A stretch of 64,000 bases of DNA from Klebsormidium nitens (lineage: Eukaryota; Plantae; Klebsormidiophyceae), in contig DF237048.1 in the NCBI GenBank assembly GCA_000708835.1, positions 124,001 to 188,000 on the forward strand, read 5' to 3'. The notes beneath the pieces are model-generated. The model had not been told where the DNA came from. It saw nothing but the letters and a program-made list of their open reading frames with translations, and made no database searches. Positions 37,392-50,129 of this stretch are shown here, in pieces. Position numbers and translations under genes: made by a program. Positions within the stretch are counted from its first letter, which is position 1. Each line of letters starts with the position of its first letter.

Positions 37392-40300
37392 TCAAGTCTC
37401 AACTTTTACAGAGTCTTTCAAATCTGTCCGTTCTGACGGCCGGCCCTCAATCGCTTGGGTCTGCGGTGCATCTGACCGTAGCCGCCTTGTCATATCCTCC
37501 ACTTGCTTCTGCACCTTTTGCAGCGCGCGCTCTTTCTCTCGGAGCTGCTTCTGGAGCGAGTACACCTGCAAGAGCGAACGAACCAGACCGGCTTCGAAAA
37601 AGGACAATTTGTGCGTTACTTCCTAGAGAAACTGGAAAAGTAAAGCTTCAAAGGCGTACTTGTAAAGTAACGTTGTTCCAAATCATGCAAAAAAGACGCT
37701 CTCAAAGTGTGCGTTTTGCCTGGCTGACGGGCCACGACAGAGAGGAAGGCACAGAGCGAGATGATACGTTGCATGTGCCCAGGCAATGTGTTCGCCAAAA
37801 TTGGGATTACGCGTTAGCCACGAGTGCCTGCAAATAGTGACCACGTTATCGTCAAGGCAATGGCTTTGTGCAATCGTCAAGGGCAGAGAATTCTATGCCG
37901 TGTCAAGACCAAAGCGAACTTGTCTTGCGCAACACGGTTCAGATGGTCAAGCGCATGCAAAAGCAAAGGAACGCAGCCTTTAGCTCCCGCTGTGAAAGCT
38001 CACCACTAACAAGACTCTACTCAAAGGGTTTCATCTAATCATTCAACCAGGAGCGAAAGACAGGCACTGGCCGCATGGATTCAGAAAGTGCTGACAACTG
38101 ACAGCAGGAGTGTTCATTGCGTATAAAAGAACTATAAGTCCAGTCTATGAAGCGTCGTCAGCATGCACTCACCACATGCTGCCACTTGTCGCAATCGTCG
38201 TTGAGGTCGTCGACGTACTCTTGCAGCTCTGCGAAACGTAAGGTTAAATGAAGGTTAAGGTTAAGGTCAAGGTTGCTTTATCAGTAAAGCACTACCTTTC
38301 TTGCAGAGAAGTGCAACTCCTTTTGGGGAGGACAACAGAATCGATGCTTGCATTCTCTCCAAATGCCAGGATAAAAGAAAGGGCTGATCACAAGGAAGCA
38401 GCGACGTTCGAAGGACAGAGAGAAGGATCCGTCAGAATCAGAACGAAACCATGCATCATGGAAGTGCTGCAGACTGATTGCCATCACAACATGCAGAAAA
38501 CCACCCAAGGCAAAATATTGGGGGCCAGAGTGCCTACCGTCCTTCAAACCCACTTGTTTAGAAGTCAACAAGTATGGAATTGACACTGCTTTGAGGATCT
38601 AGGGTTCCTAGCGTGCTTTCATACATCAAAGATACGGATCGCTGACAGACTGCCTGCGTACCTTTGAAGCCCTGCTTCATCTCCACGTTGAGTTGCTTCT
38701 GCAGTGCCAACTTGTTCTCGAGCTCGTGCATCTGCCACAACCAACGGAAATTGAAGTCAGAAAATCAAGCAGCACTAAAGTCCAACGGTGGGGAAGCTGT
38801 GAGAAGCTTGATTGGGTCGATATCTTGGAAGGCGGTCAATGTTGTTCAAGCGTGGCAAGCGTGGGTCGCCTACGATTGAAAAGCAAAGGTTCGAAGCAGA
38901 AAAGGAATTCCTTAGGACTGAGACCAGTACAAGATGCAAAGAGCGTGCATCAGTTTAGAAAGGAGCAACCAACGGATCTCAGAAAGCGAGAGAGTACCGG
39001 ATCGACCGTGAGAGTACCGAAGAACGACGGACTCGGTCAGAAGGGAAAGTCAACATGAATCTACGAAGGGTGGACAAAAATTTGTGCTGCTTGCTTGGCA
39101 GAGACTCCGTTCAGAACGGGCATCGTGCAAAACGGCAAAACGTGTCTCGACACCGTCCACCACTGCGTTCGTGAATCAAGGTAGGTCACGAAGTGTCGGT
39201 TGTCCCAAAGTAGAGGCTTCTACGGGCGCCCGTCGACAGTGCTCTCACTCAATCGTAAGAGAGCAATAAACCGTCCCGACCAGGCAGTGCAGGCTCAAGC
39301 ATTAATCTTCCTTAGAGTTCAACTGAAATGAACAGTTCAACTTTTACAATTTGTTTCTTTCAATCGTGCGTGCCTCAGCAAAGCCTGCTGAATCAAGCGT
39401 TTCAGAAAAGCAAGAGCCGCTACTTCGAAATACTGGCTCAAACCACATTCACACCTTTCACTGAGCGCTTGTGCCGCCCGTGAGCGCCTGTCATTGCCAG
39501 TTTGATTGGCACCGAGAAATACGAGTCCGACTTTTCGAGCAAGTTACTTTTCAGAGCGGATGCATGTGCAAAATTCCTCGTACGACCGTTGTCCCCGAAC
39601 CAAGCAAGACAGTGGCTCCGATGACGGAATGCTCAATCAAACTTAGCTTTGATGACAGCATGGTCTTTGCCATTATCGCTTGGTGTTTCACGGCCACAAG
39701 AAGCAAATGAAAAAAATTGCAACTTGCGCAGACTCACATGAACGCCTTTTCGCTACTGCTTAAAGGCGCTGCGACATCCATCTCCGCACGAGCTCACCAT
39801 GCACAGTTCACTTATTCCTCATGGCCACCTCTCATCAGCCGATTGCCCTCATTGCCACCTCTCATCAGGCAACGCATGCAAAACCAGCCCAAGCGCTCGT
39901 ACTAATTTTCACGGACGTAAAAACCTGGATGAAGTGCTTAGAAATCTGGATGAATTGCTTACAAAACCAAGCAGAAGCTAGTGGAAGACGGAAGGACAGT
40001 GATCCTCGATTTCGAAGTCCGTATGGCTCGGATCAACGCCTCGTTCGCTCAAGGTGGTGAAAGTCATCGCCAACAACAACAGGGGACCACGGTATCCAGG
40101 AACACCAACAGGGCCCGCCGCAAATGTCAAAATTAAGCAGCGTAAGTTCGCAAATTACGTAGCCAGAAACAGAGGAGCCAGCTCGGGCAAACTATGGACA
40201 CCCCGCGAATTTCAGATCGTAGAATAGCGGCTTCGACTGCTCGTACTCCAGATGCTATTTCAGCTACTTCAGGCCCGGCAACAAAATCGTCCTCGGCTAC

Positions 40301-43300
40301 AAGAGCGTTTGACGTTTGAACAGCACCATCTGACGCACGAACGGATAACCCGGTTTCGTCAATAACTAATTGCGAGGGCTAGAAAACTTCGCTAGCCAGC
40401 ACCCGTAAAGATTATACCATCCAGGCCAACGAAGTTGTTTCTGTGGAAAGTCGCTTTTCAAGAAGCGGGATAAACTCCTCGAGATTCTTTACTGTGTATG
40501 GGCAGCCGTTAAATCCAGCCTGTTGCAGCTCAAACCAAAATCCAAGAGCGGCCAGGAAACGCCGTTCCACAACCCTGAGCAATCTATGCGAGTTTGACGT
40601 GTGGTGACCCAGAAGCATGTGGCTCAGCTCGTACTTGTCCTTCTTCCGTGAGCTCGCCAAAACCCAGGGCTGTACGAGATCATGGCCTGAACACATCGGC
40701 CCAAAGAAAGAGGCGTGCAGACGAACCACAACTTGTGTAAGGACTTGGATCGAGGACGAAAACGACGCAGGTGCCTCGAAGCAGTTGTCAACAACGCTTT
40801 CTTTGGCGTTTTTCCCAGAACTCACAAGGTAGAATATCCTACCAGAACGTCTGCCCGTTGCTCCAACAATAATGCAAGCCTCTCTCATAAAAGTTTCATT
40901 CGGAGCACGGTCTCTTGTGGCAAGCACTTTCGTGTGTTAAAATTCAAGCACTTTGGAGATATAAACAGCAAAGCACTAAAGGACCGCTTTAACAGAAATC
41001 ATTGCTCGACAACGCGCGCCTCTGACCAAAGCGCAGCAGCCAAAAGCAGAAGCTGACCGAAGCAGAAAACATTAACGAAACGGAACCTTGAACGCCATCG
41101 ATCAAAATACGGCTGCCAAAAGCAGAACCCGCCCCAACCGAAAGAAGGCAACAAAACCATTCTTTAAATAGGGCGTTCCTCACCTTGCCCTCGGACATCT
41201 CGCGCCCGATCTCCTCGTTCTCCTCCTGCAGCGTGCGGCACTTGGCCATGAGCATCTTGCCGTTCTTGCTGTGCGGCGTGAATTGCACCGCCGCCAGGTC
41301 GTCCTGCGCCTCCTTCAGCTTCTTCTCGCTCGCCTCCAGCTCCGTCTGCGGGGTGCGCACGGATGGTCAGATGATGTCTCAATGGCAGCATAGAGTGCAG
41401 TTCGGGGCTCGATGGATACTTAACTAGGATAGTATCTGGGCTGAATTGAGTTGTTGGTATGCTTGTCAGGGCCTGTCTCAATGTTTCAAGAAAACAAAAG
41501 AGCAGGATTCGGAGATGCGGATTCATAAGAGCAGTTGAAGCTTCCTGAACCGAGCACAAGTCCAATCGTCACATCTACTCTATTTTACCTGCTGAAGACG
41601 TCGTGAAAGTAAAACGAGCAGAAGTTCCGAACAAGCAAGGCCGAACACGAAGGGAAGTAGGACAAAGTCGTCATAAAGAGCTGTCGCTGCTCGGGTCAGC
41701 GAAAAGCGCGGGCAGAATGAGCGAAGCAAAAAAACCAATTGACCTTTCTGTTCTCCAAATGAACAGTGAAGAACGTGCAAGCTGGCAAAAAAGCTCTGAA
41801 CGGGTTTCTTTCCTGGCTTCAGCTTTCTCGAGTCGACAAACTCAACGAACATTGTTCTGACTTGTAAGAACCTTCACATAAAATCAATCTTCAAATACCA
41901 CAATCCGAGCGCAGTCTACAGTCGTCCTGAGTACGATTTACTTCAGGAAGGCAGTCTTTCTGTGTTACCTTGAGCTTGGTAAACTCGAGGTGGAGCACCG
42001 GGTCTAGCAGCAGCTGGCGCGCCTGCGTGTGCTTCGGGTGCATCAGCTGCTTCAGGTCGTGCAGCTGGGTCTGCAGAGACAAGCGTGACGTCAGTAGGGG
42101 CAAGGATGACGATGTGAAAGCTCAGTGCGAGGCGACAAACCAAACGTTGGGCGTGAAGTACCATCTGACCGAGCTGACGGACGCTTAGGATGAGTGTGCA
42201 AGAATGGGAGCGAGCCGCTAGCTCGACGCCTCAACGACCTCTCTGGTTAGACAAATGCCACAATGCGTTGTAGAAGGCGTCTTTGAGCACACAAACCACT
42301 CTACTTGTGTCCAGATTAGAGGCAGGGCTGAACAGCGGCAATGTTCGAGCGGGCCTTGCTGATGGGTCAGGCAAACCAGGTACCCACCCGATGACTAATG
42401 CGAATACAAGGACCCCTTCATAGAGCAACCAGTCCCAGCTACTTGTAATGCTTCTGGAGTTGACAAGTAAGCCATTCGAGTTTGAAGGGGGCGAACCCCC
42501 GGTGCCCCGACAAGATCCTAAAGCTCTTGGTGGAGAATATCTCGCATGATACTTACCTTCAGCTCGGCGACGTCCTTGTCTTTCATTGTCAACTTGATAA
42601 GCAGAGCGTCCTCCTTACCCTTCGACACCTGAAGCTGCAGAAAAGAATAAAGAGGGTGGTGGGTGGGTTGAACGACCAACGAATGAGCATCTGCTCGAGG
42701 GATGAATCAGCAATTACCGTTTTACAAATAAAAGGTGCATGGCAGAATTGCTCCCAGCGTTGTCCGTGGAACCAGATTATCGTTAGAGGATTGTCTCTCT
42801 AACATTGAACTCCAATCCCATCTAAGCACGTTCCAAAGATACTGATGGAAACTGTGGGACTGGTCTCCTGTATGAGGAGAACTTTGATAGCGGTGGAACC
42901 TGTCTCTGGTCAAGAAAGACTCAGATACTGCTTAGAACGTCAGGCTGAGCTTATCTCCGCCAGCTCATTGCCCTACATGATGACCTGGCAGAGTTTGACT
43001 AGTCCGCAACAATCAAGAGAACGGCAACCAACCTGCTCTCTCAGCCTGCTGTGTTGCACCCCCATCTTCAGCACCTCCTGGATCACGACCGTCGGATCTG
43101 GCTCCCCCCCAGCAACTGCCAATCCTGGCAGGATGGAGTTGCCCTTGAAAGCTGTGCGCCATCGTTCTAGTTCTGCATTTGCGGTTGCGTATTTCTGCTG
43201 GAGGACCACCAGGTCAGCGTCGCGTTGCTCCAAACTGCGAAGTGGTGCACGGAAGATCAAGCAATGGGAAAGGGTGTGGAGGGAAAGGGTGTTCTCCTGC

Positions 43301-44133
43301 AAGGTACTGTTTGCGGGGATCTTTGAGCTCGTACAACGTGTCGTAGTGTCATACGTGACATGAACATGGTGAAACGATGACAACACCAGCGTTTTCGTTA
43401 GGTTGTCTCTGTTGTGCTCAGGGGATTCTGCCAGAATGAGTTTTCGATCGGCTTATGGCTAGAATGCTACCTTGAGCTGACAGAATTTAATTTTGAGGAA
43501 TGGGGAAAAGGAGCGGCATGACCACGTTTGCAGGCGTTTACAAAGCCATGATTTGAAATCACTTCAAGGAATCAAAGGAACTTTTGATAAAGACAAGAAA
43601 ATGCTCTCCCCCTCACCTAGCTCTCAGGTTCAAGATGGTAGTGGTGGCGTGATCGGCAACATGGGCCTGCAAGGAAATGGGAGGTGTTAGTACAAATCTG
43701 TTGCAGAGCTTGACTCTGAAGAAACGCAGATTACTGGGCAGAGGGCATGCAGCAATGACAAGATGCAGCACAAGAAATGGCATTTGTACATGATGATACC
43801 TGCTTCTGGAAAGGCTGCCTCTGAAAAGGGGACACTAGTTAGAACAGAGGGCATATGCATTTCAAGTGGTGTTGCAGCCACCTTATGAGGACTTTAAGTC
43901 AAGCAATCATCTCGAATGTTTTCTTCAACTACCTTCGTAATGTCGTCTGAAAGGAAAACAAAACCCAAAATATGCTGTACCAGAGCTCCAAAGAATACAT
44001 ACACACTGGGCAGCGATACAGGGGCAAAACACACCTTTTTAGTCTCATACTCTTCATCAAGATCCTCTTCCGCTGGCCGCTTTCTTGACACCGGAGCCGA
44101 GATGCCAACATCATCGCCGAAATCATCGTCCCC
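37392..44133 (-). CDS. FIP37: FIP37/WTAP, m6A methyltransferase complex subunit (at least 9 coding exons; first coding exon unresolved)
   Basis: GT-AG exons ~44133-44035 (GDDDFGDD), ~43666-43617 (TILNLRAS), ~43246-43030 (AELERWRTAF), ~42635-42558, ~42074-41970 (QARQLLLDPVLHLEFTKLK), ~41345-41184 (AVQFTPHSKNGKMLMAKCRTLQEENEEIG, the WTAP core), ~38723-38660, ~38229-38172, and ~37567-37392 to the stop. Confidence 0.92.
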
Positions 44134-44919
44134 CTGCAGAGTGACAATGCACGATGACAAAGTTTCTTGCCACACTGAGGTTTTCTTCACGGGCAAAGTT
44201 TTTATGGTTTGGACTTGGAGGAAAGGCACAACCCAGAATTCCAAATCGTCTGATGCCTTGAAATGTGGTGGTAGGCAATGTAATCATAAGAAACTGTTGC
44301 TGACATCCTGAATTTAGCCATGCATCAGCTTGACCTGCGATTGGATGAATGCGGCATCCAGAAGCACGCTTCCGGACCCTTGAGGCTTTGCAACAATGAT
44401 GCCAATAAGAGAAATAATTGACAGCTGATAAAATTGCAAGTGGGTGTGCCTTGCGTAGGGAATAACTCACACCAAACATTGCGGCCAGCGGGACCGCCAA
44501 TCCAGATGCTCGTGTGACGTGATGGAACACCCGGGGATGTTGAAATGGTTGTCAGCACATTTGCGAAAGGTTTTGCCCTGAAGAATTTGTAAGGTACAAC
44601 TTACAGGCGATACAAGCGACCAAGAAAGCTCCAGATAGTCACCAAGGATGAATGTGAATTTGCACGAGGCAGAATCCCTTGTGCATTGCAAGCCAGCTCA
44701 CCCATCCAGGTCGATTTAGGGGCGCGTTTTGGCGCGAGGCGAGGGACGAAATAAGGTACAACAGTGCCAGATTAGACGGTCGCGATATTGTTTAACGAAA
44801 CTGAACGGCCGATACGTAAACCGATCGGTCCTCAATCCATGTTTCTATTCTGAAGCTCATATGGAAGGTGCCAATTTCAGCCAGCCTCAGCCAGCTGCGC
44901 AGCGAGCTAGATATTCTGC

Positions 44920-45664
44920 TGGTAGGACGGTAATTCAGGTTGGATTGACCCTGGTTTACGTTCTGGTTCACAGAATGTTCAAAACTAAACCAAATCAGGT
45001 TTCGTCTTCTGCAATGGCTTCGAGACACCCTCGGGGTCCTCTCGAAGCTCCTCTAACCACCTCGAAGTAGTTTGGGTCAGTCTGAGAAACCCTGCCAACT
45101 CCAAACAACCTGGTTCAAAGGGGTATTTCCATTGGATTTTCTGCCTGTCAACTGCCACGATAAATTTCCTTCGAACAAGAGGAAATCACCTTCGGGGCAA
45201 GCTGGGATGTCAAAAACATTTTTCCAAAAATAATCTGACGTTAATGTGCACCGCCAGGAGAACATACCTGGTCAACAACCTGAGAAAAAACCATTTTGAG
45301 CATATAAGCTGGGAGTTTCGACCATTAACGGTGCACATTTTCGTCAAAATTGTGATTTAACCGTTCGATAGACATCCCAGCTTGGCCCGATTAAGTTTTA
45401 GGGGGGTCAATGAGAATTCTATCATTTCGTTTTTCTGACGGCCAAGGGTTCATGTAGGGGGGTAAATGTTCAAACTTCCTCAACTTCAGACTTTCCTCGA
45501 CAAGTCGTCAGTGAGTTCGAGGTGGTCCCAGAGTGCTCGAGGGGGCCTCCTTGGTCCCCCCCGAAAGATGCAAAAGACGGGACTCGATTTGACCACGTTA
45601 TGACCAAGTTACGCCCCTTCAAACCCTAGAAACCCTCTTTTCTGGCTGAATTACCGTCCTACCA
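44920..45664. mobile_element. MITE-like element with 19-bp terminal inverted repeats
   Basis: TGGTAGGACGGTAATTCAG (44920-44938) and CTGAATTACCGTCCTACCA (45646-45664) are perfect inverted repeats. An internal imperfect 53-bp inverted repeat lies at 45201-45253/45329-45381. No ORF. No target-site duplication recognised. Confidence 0.6.
45621..45637 (+). promoter_or_regulatory. Telo-box-like motifs (AAACCCTA..AAACCCT)
   Basis: Two AAACCCT units upstream of ELC, inside the MITE-like element. Confidence 0.35.
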
Positions 45665-46191
45665 CCTTAAGCTGGGTCATGCTGTTCAGCAGGGCGGTCC
45701 AGTAGGGCGCTCCTCCCGTCTTTCTTGCATGACGGTGTGAGTGTTCTGACGCAATTTGGATTGGTTGTTCGGCCACCTCATCCGCAACCAGTGATTATTC
45801 TGGCGCCTGGTCCATGTATTTGGATCTGCCTTCCGCCCGGGGGTAAGCTGGCGATAGTGGGGGCCAATTGCTTCTTTTTGGCATGAGAAAGGAAGGTTTA
45901 AGTTGAAGGGTTTGTGCATCTCTCGACCAGCGGTCTGCCTCACGTAAGCAGCAGAAAAGGCACCAGTCAAATGGGTTGCAGCTGTAGCTTCGAGGTAGTG
46001 CCTCATCTGTCGGGGTAGACAGGAGCAGCTGGAAGTCGTGAGATCGCCAAATCAGGCCATTGGGTCGATTTTGATGTTTGTGGGGTCCTAAGTCAGGAAC
46101 CAAGTAGCTCAAGATCAGCTTCTTATATAGCTAGCAGAATTTGATCATACCTACATCAATAGTCCTGAAGCAATATACAATTGCCGAAACG

Positions 46192-49104
46192 ATGCCGTCC
46201 CCGTCAGTTGCCTCCCAGGCCTCCTCCCAGCAGGCCGCCACGCAGTTCCTAAACTCTGTCCTGTCACAGCGCGGGCCGAACGCGCTCCCGTATGCAGAGG
46301 ATGTCAAGTGGTCGATCCGGCAGCACCTGTTGGCAGTGGTGCAGGTGCGCTGCCCTTTTTTTTTGTTCCTAGGTCTGTTTTGCACGTACTGCGGGTGATG
46401 CATGCACGTGTGATTTTTGTGTCCTGGAAGTGCCGTCTTTCTAAAGATGACAGTCGAGTCTGGAGCTTGCACAATCTTAGCGGTGAAGATAAACGGCAAC
46501 AAAGCTTTTCATTAAAAAAGGCTTGCTGTTGATGGCATTAGGGTTTCAAGAATTGTCATGGCAGGCTTGAAAACAAAGCTGCATACTGGCCAGACCTCCG
46601 GTCATAGGTTGATGCCGCTGCCATTTGCTGGGTAATTTGTACAATTACCCCAAGTCTCATGCATTTGGCAATCAATTTGCCTGATGGAGAGATATTCCCC
46701 TGCTGACATTATGGTCAGAGTGCATTGACTGCTTGCCAACAAAGCCGCACAATGCCACCGTAGACTGCCCTCACTATGTCAAGGAAGCAGTCTCAGCAGA
46801 GAGATCGTCACTATAAGAATAATTTCATAGCGCCATGTTCCTGACAAGGTAGCAGATTGGATCCTAACGTACCACAGTAGCTTTCGCCTGACCACCTGGG
46901 CATCAGAACGTTCTGATCCCCTCAAAGGCCACTTAAGCGAAGGCCCTGTACTCTTTGACGAGGGTCAAGTACGATCAGCCAAACACAGGGCTTCTTATTA
47001 GGCGGCAGGCCATGGCAGTTTAGCCAGTCCAAGTCTTCGTACTCCTCCTTCATTGGGTTATCAAGAGTGCCTCGGCCAGAATTCAGGAGTAGCAACTCCA
47101 GTACCACTCCTTGCTCAGCCCTTCTTTTGGCATCCAATCCCTGCCCAATCCTGTTCCCTGGCTTTCCTGCCTGCCTCCTTTACTTTCTGGTACAGGGTTA
47201 CGTGGGGCTGACCGTCAAGACTGGCAGCTTCAAGGTTGACACTTCTTGAGGCCATTGTCAAGCTATCGGAGTCCTCCCCAATCCTGTCGCTTGACTTTCG
47301 TTTCTGACCTATGCAGGACTATCCGGGCTGGCCGTCAAGACTGGCAACCCTTCCAATTGACCCTTCTTCACGCCTTGTCTGGTTATCGACTTCTTTCCCA
47401 TCCCAGTTCCTTGACTTTCCTTTTCTGACCGCTGCAGGACTACCCGGGGCTGACCGCCAAGACTGGCACCTTCACCCACAACGACGGCCGTGCCTCGCAC
47501 CTGCTCAAGCTCGAGGGCACCGTCCCCATGTTCTACCAAAACGTCAAGTACAACATCCCCATCACTGCCTGGCTTCTCGAAGGCTACCCCCGCCAATGCC
47601 CCCTCGTTTACGTAACCCCCACCCGCGACATGATCATCAAACCGCGGCACCAATTCGTCGACGCTTCCGGGATGGTCGCCGCCCCCTATCTCCGAGAATG
47701 GGTGTTCCCCCGCTCAAACCTAGTCGATCTCTGCGGCACGTTGTCGGTTCTCTTTGGTTCGGACCCCCCCTTGTACACACGACCGAGCCACGTTCCCGCA
47801 CGCCCCCCCCCTCCGCAACAAGGGTTCGTCGGCGTCAACCCCATTCTCTCAGGCAACTCCTCCCCCGTGATCGACACCCGCCCCCCTCCTTCGGGCCTCG
47901 TCACACGGCCACCATACTCCCCTCCTTCGGGGGGTAGGTCGGGCTACGCCAGCCCACCCCCCCAGGCCACGCCGATGAGCGGAACGGCTCGTCCCCCCAC
48001 GCAAGGGGGGGGGCAGTGGACGGATAACCCCGAGGAGGTGTTCAAGAGGAATGCGGTGAAGAGCCTGACGGAGCGCCTGCAAAAGGACTTGGCGAGCCAT
48101 AATAGGGAGGTCACGGGCGAGATCGAGGGGCTGTTCTCGACGCAGGCGCTGCTGGAGCAGCGGGGGGCGACGATCGAGGGGGGGGTGCGGGAGCTGGGGG
48201 AGGAGAAGGAGGCGCTGGAACAGGCGCTGCAGGTGAGAGCGTCTGGAGGGGCGTGGTTCTGGTTGTTAGGGACATCATTTGGTGGTGTTCTTGCTTAGAC
48301 TTGGCGAGACCTTCATTGAGCTTGCGAAGATTGCGCGGAGCACCGTGTGCAGGGGTCTGCGCAAGTGTGAGTACTTTGCTCGTTGCAGTGGCGAGTTGGC
48401 GACTCTTGTTTGCGTAAAGCAACGCGGTCAGCACATGATGTACTTATACGTCTATGGACCACGATGGAGAACGTGGAAAAGTTGCATGATCCGCTTCTTC
48501 AGATGCGGAAGACTGGGGTGACGGAGTGCTTCTGTAAGCAGCGGAACCGTTAGAAGATCTTGATGGAATTCGCTTGCGACTGATTTTATTACCTTGCGAG
48601 GAGTTTATTGACGACCGGCCTCCTCAAATTGGAAACGTCTTTTCGCTTCAACTTGTATACTATCCGGTAAAGCAGTGCAGTTCTTTGTCCACTTGTCAAG
48701 CGTCCACCTCATCCCAAAAGCAGGGTCTCTAATTTGATGCTTTGTTTGATCTGCAGGTCATTTTGACCAACAGCGACGTCATCGAGACGTGGCTCAAGGT
48801 CAACGATCGAGGTGCGGGCGAGGAGCCGGCGGATGACATCGACGCCGCTTTCGAGCCGGTGGACCGCTTCTCGCGGCAGCTGCTAGAGTCCTCTGCGGAG
48901 GACCTCGCGATCGAGGACCTTATGTATGCGCTCGACAAGGCCGCGCAAGACGGGTCACTCGGGGCTGAGGTTTATCTGAAGACGACACGGAATCTGTCAC
49001 GCGAGCAGTTCTTCCACCGGGCCACGTGCATCAAAGTGCGCGCCATGCAGCAGCAGGCGCAAGCGCAGGCGGCCGCGCCGTATGCGAGGGGGGGTTACCG
49101 GTAG
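46192..49104 (+). CDS. ELC: ELC/VPS23/TSG101 (ESCRT-I); exons 46192-46344, 47438-48232, 48757-49104; 431 aa
   Basis: UEV domain ([48 protein letters not shown]....PYLREW), proline-rich linker, coiled coil, and Vps23 core ([39 protein letters not shown]). All junctions are phase 0 GT-AG. Confidence 0.96.
47110..47476 (+). repeat. Triplicated 3' splice site + exon-2 start in ELC intron 1 (121-bp period)
   Basis: cag|GGTTACGTGGGGCTGACCGTCAAGACTGGCAGC (47196), cag|GACTATCCGGGCTGGCCGTCAAGACTGGCAAC (47317), cag|GACTACCCGGGGCTGACCGCCAAGACTGGCAC (47438, true exon). Confidence 0.9.
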
Positions 49105-50129
49105 CATGCAGGTTGGGGAGCAAGGGCCGGATAAGCGGTTGCGTTGTACAGGATCTGCAACAATGCGAGTCAAAACGCGCTATTAGTGTAGGCTACAAAC
49201 CGCGCAGCATCTTTGCTTCTATGTCATTGTCTACTAAATACAGGTTCAGGCCGGAAGTTTCGCAGAACTGGCGTTCTTGCATTGACGAACGCGCACATAC
49301 GTGAGTCTGCTCATGGAGTCAATCTCACGTACTGCCGCGTCGGCCCACTGCAATATTGGCTTGGGCTCAAGACATGAGCCGGTTTTCTGTGGACATCCGT
49401 CTCTAGGTGGCCCGGCAGTGTCTCAGAACATTACATCGACAGTCTAATGATAGCCGCCCTAGAAGGTGTCGATCGTGACCGGGTAAATCAATTACCTATA
49501 TAGCATGCCGCCTATCATTACCCGGCCTGCATGGTTCTTGGAACAGTGGTGGCCCTTGGCCGCACTGATCGACCCGCGGCTGATCACTACCGACGTCCTT
49601 GGGAACCGCTGCAATTAGCCGAGGGGAAAAAAGGATGCCATACTAAGTGTTACCTCTTTGGGACGCCAACGCATGCGGCACGGGCTGTACTTGGAGACCA
49701 AAGAATCGAACAGAACTTTAACATGTACTCGCCCCGGCCCGTGCAATCCGGCCATGATCAGGGCCGACTTTCATGCATGTGCCGCTCATGGCGGTATACG
49801 TACATACTGACTGAGCCTGCGAAGAGGCTCCAATTATTACTCCGACAAGTTGCATACCTTGACTATACCAGTTACTGCCACAGTATTGGTCTTCTGCATG
49901 CATGTAGAACTGTACAGTTAGGCCAATTCTCGACCGGCTATTGTGATGGAGTTCTGTATATTTGCTGACAAGCGCCATATAAATGTATTTGATCAGTATC
50001 ATTCTTTCGTGCCACCTTTAAGAGGGCATCTACACTACATTTAGAGCTCTCCTTACAAGCGATTCTTTTTGCAAATGGCCCCCGTGGGGAGTCGCTTGTA
50101 AACGGATCAATTTGTTTCATACCACCGTG

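Noticed and set aside
40412-40927. 171-aa ORF nested in the long FIP37 intron
   Set aside because: No domain signature or GC3 bias like the true exons; likely a chance ORF.
47311-47937. 208-aa ORF starting at the second decoy acceptor
   Set aside because: It is the frameshifted reading of ELC exon 2, not an independent gene.
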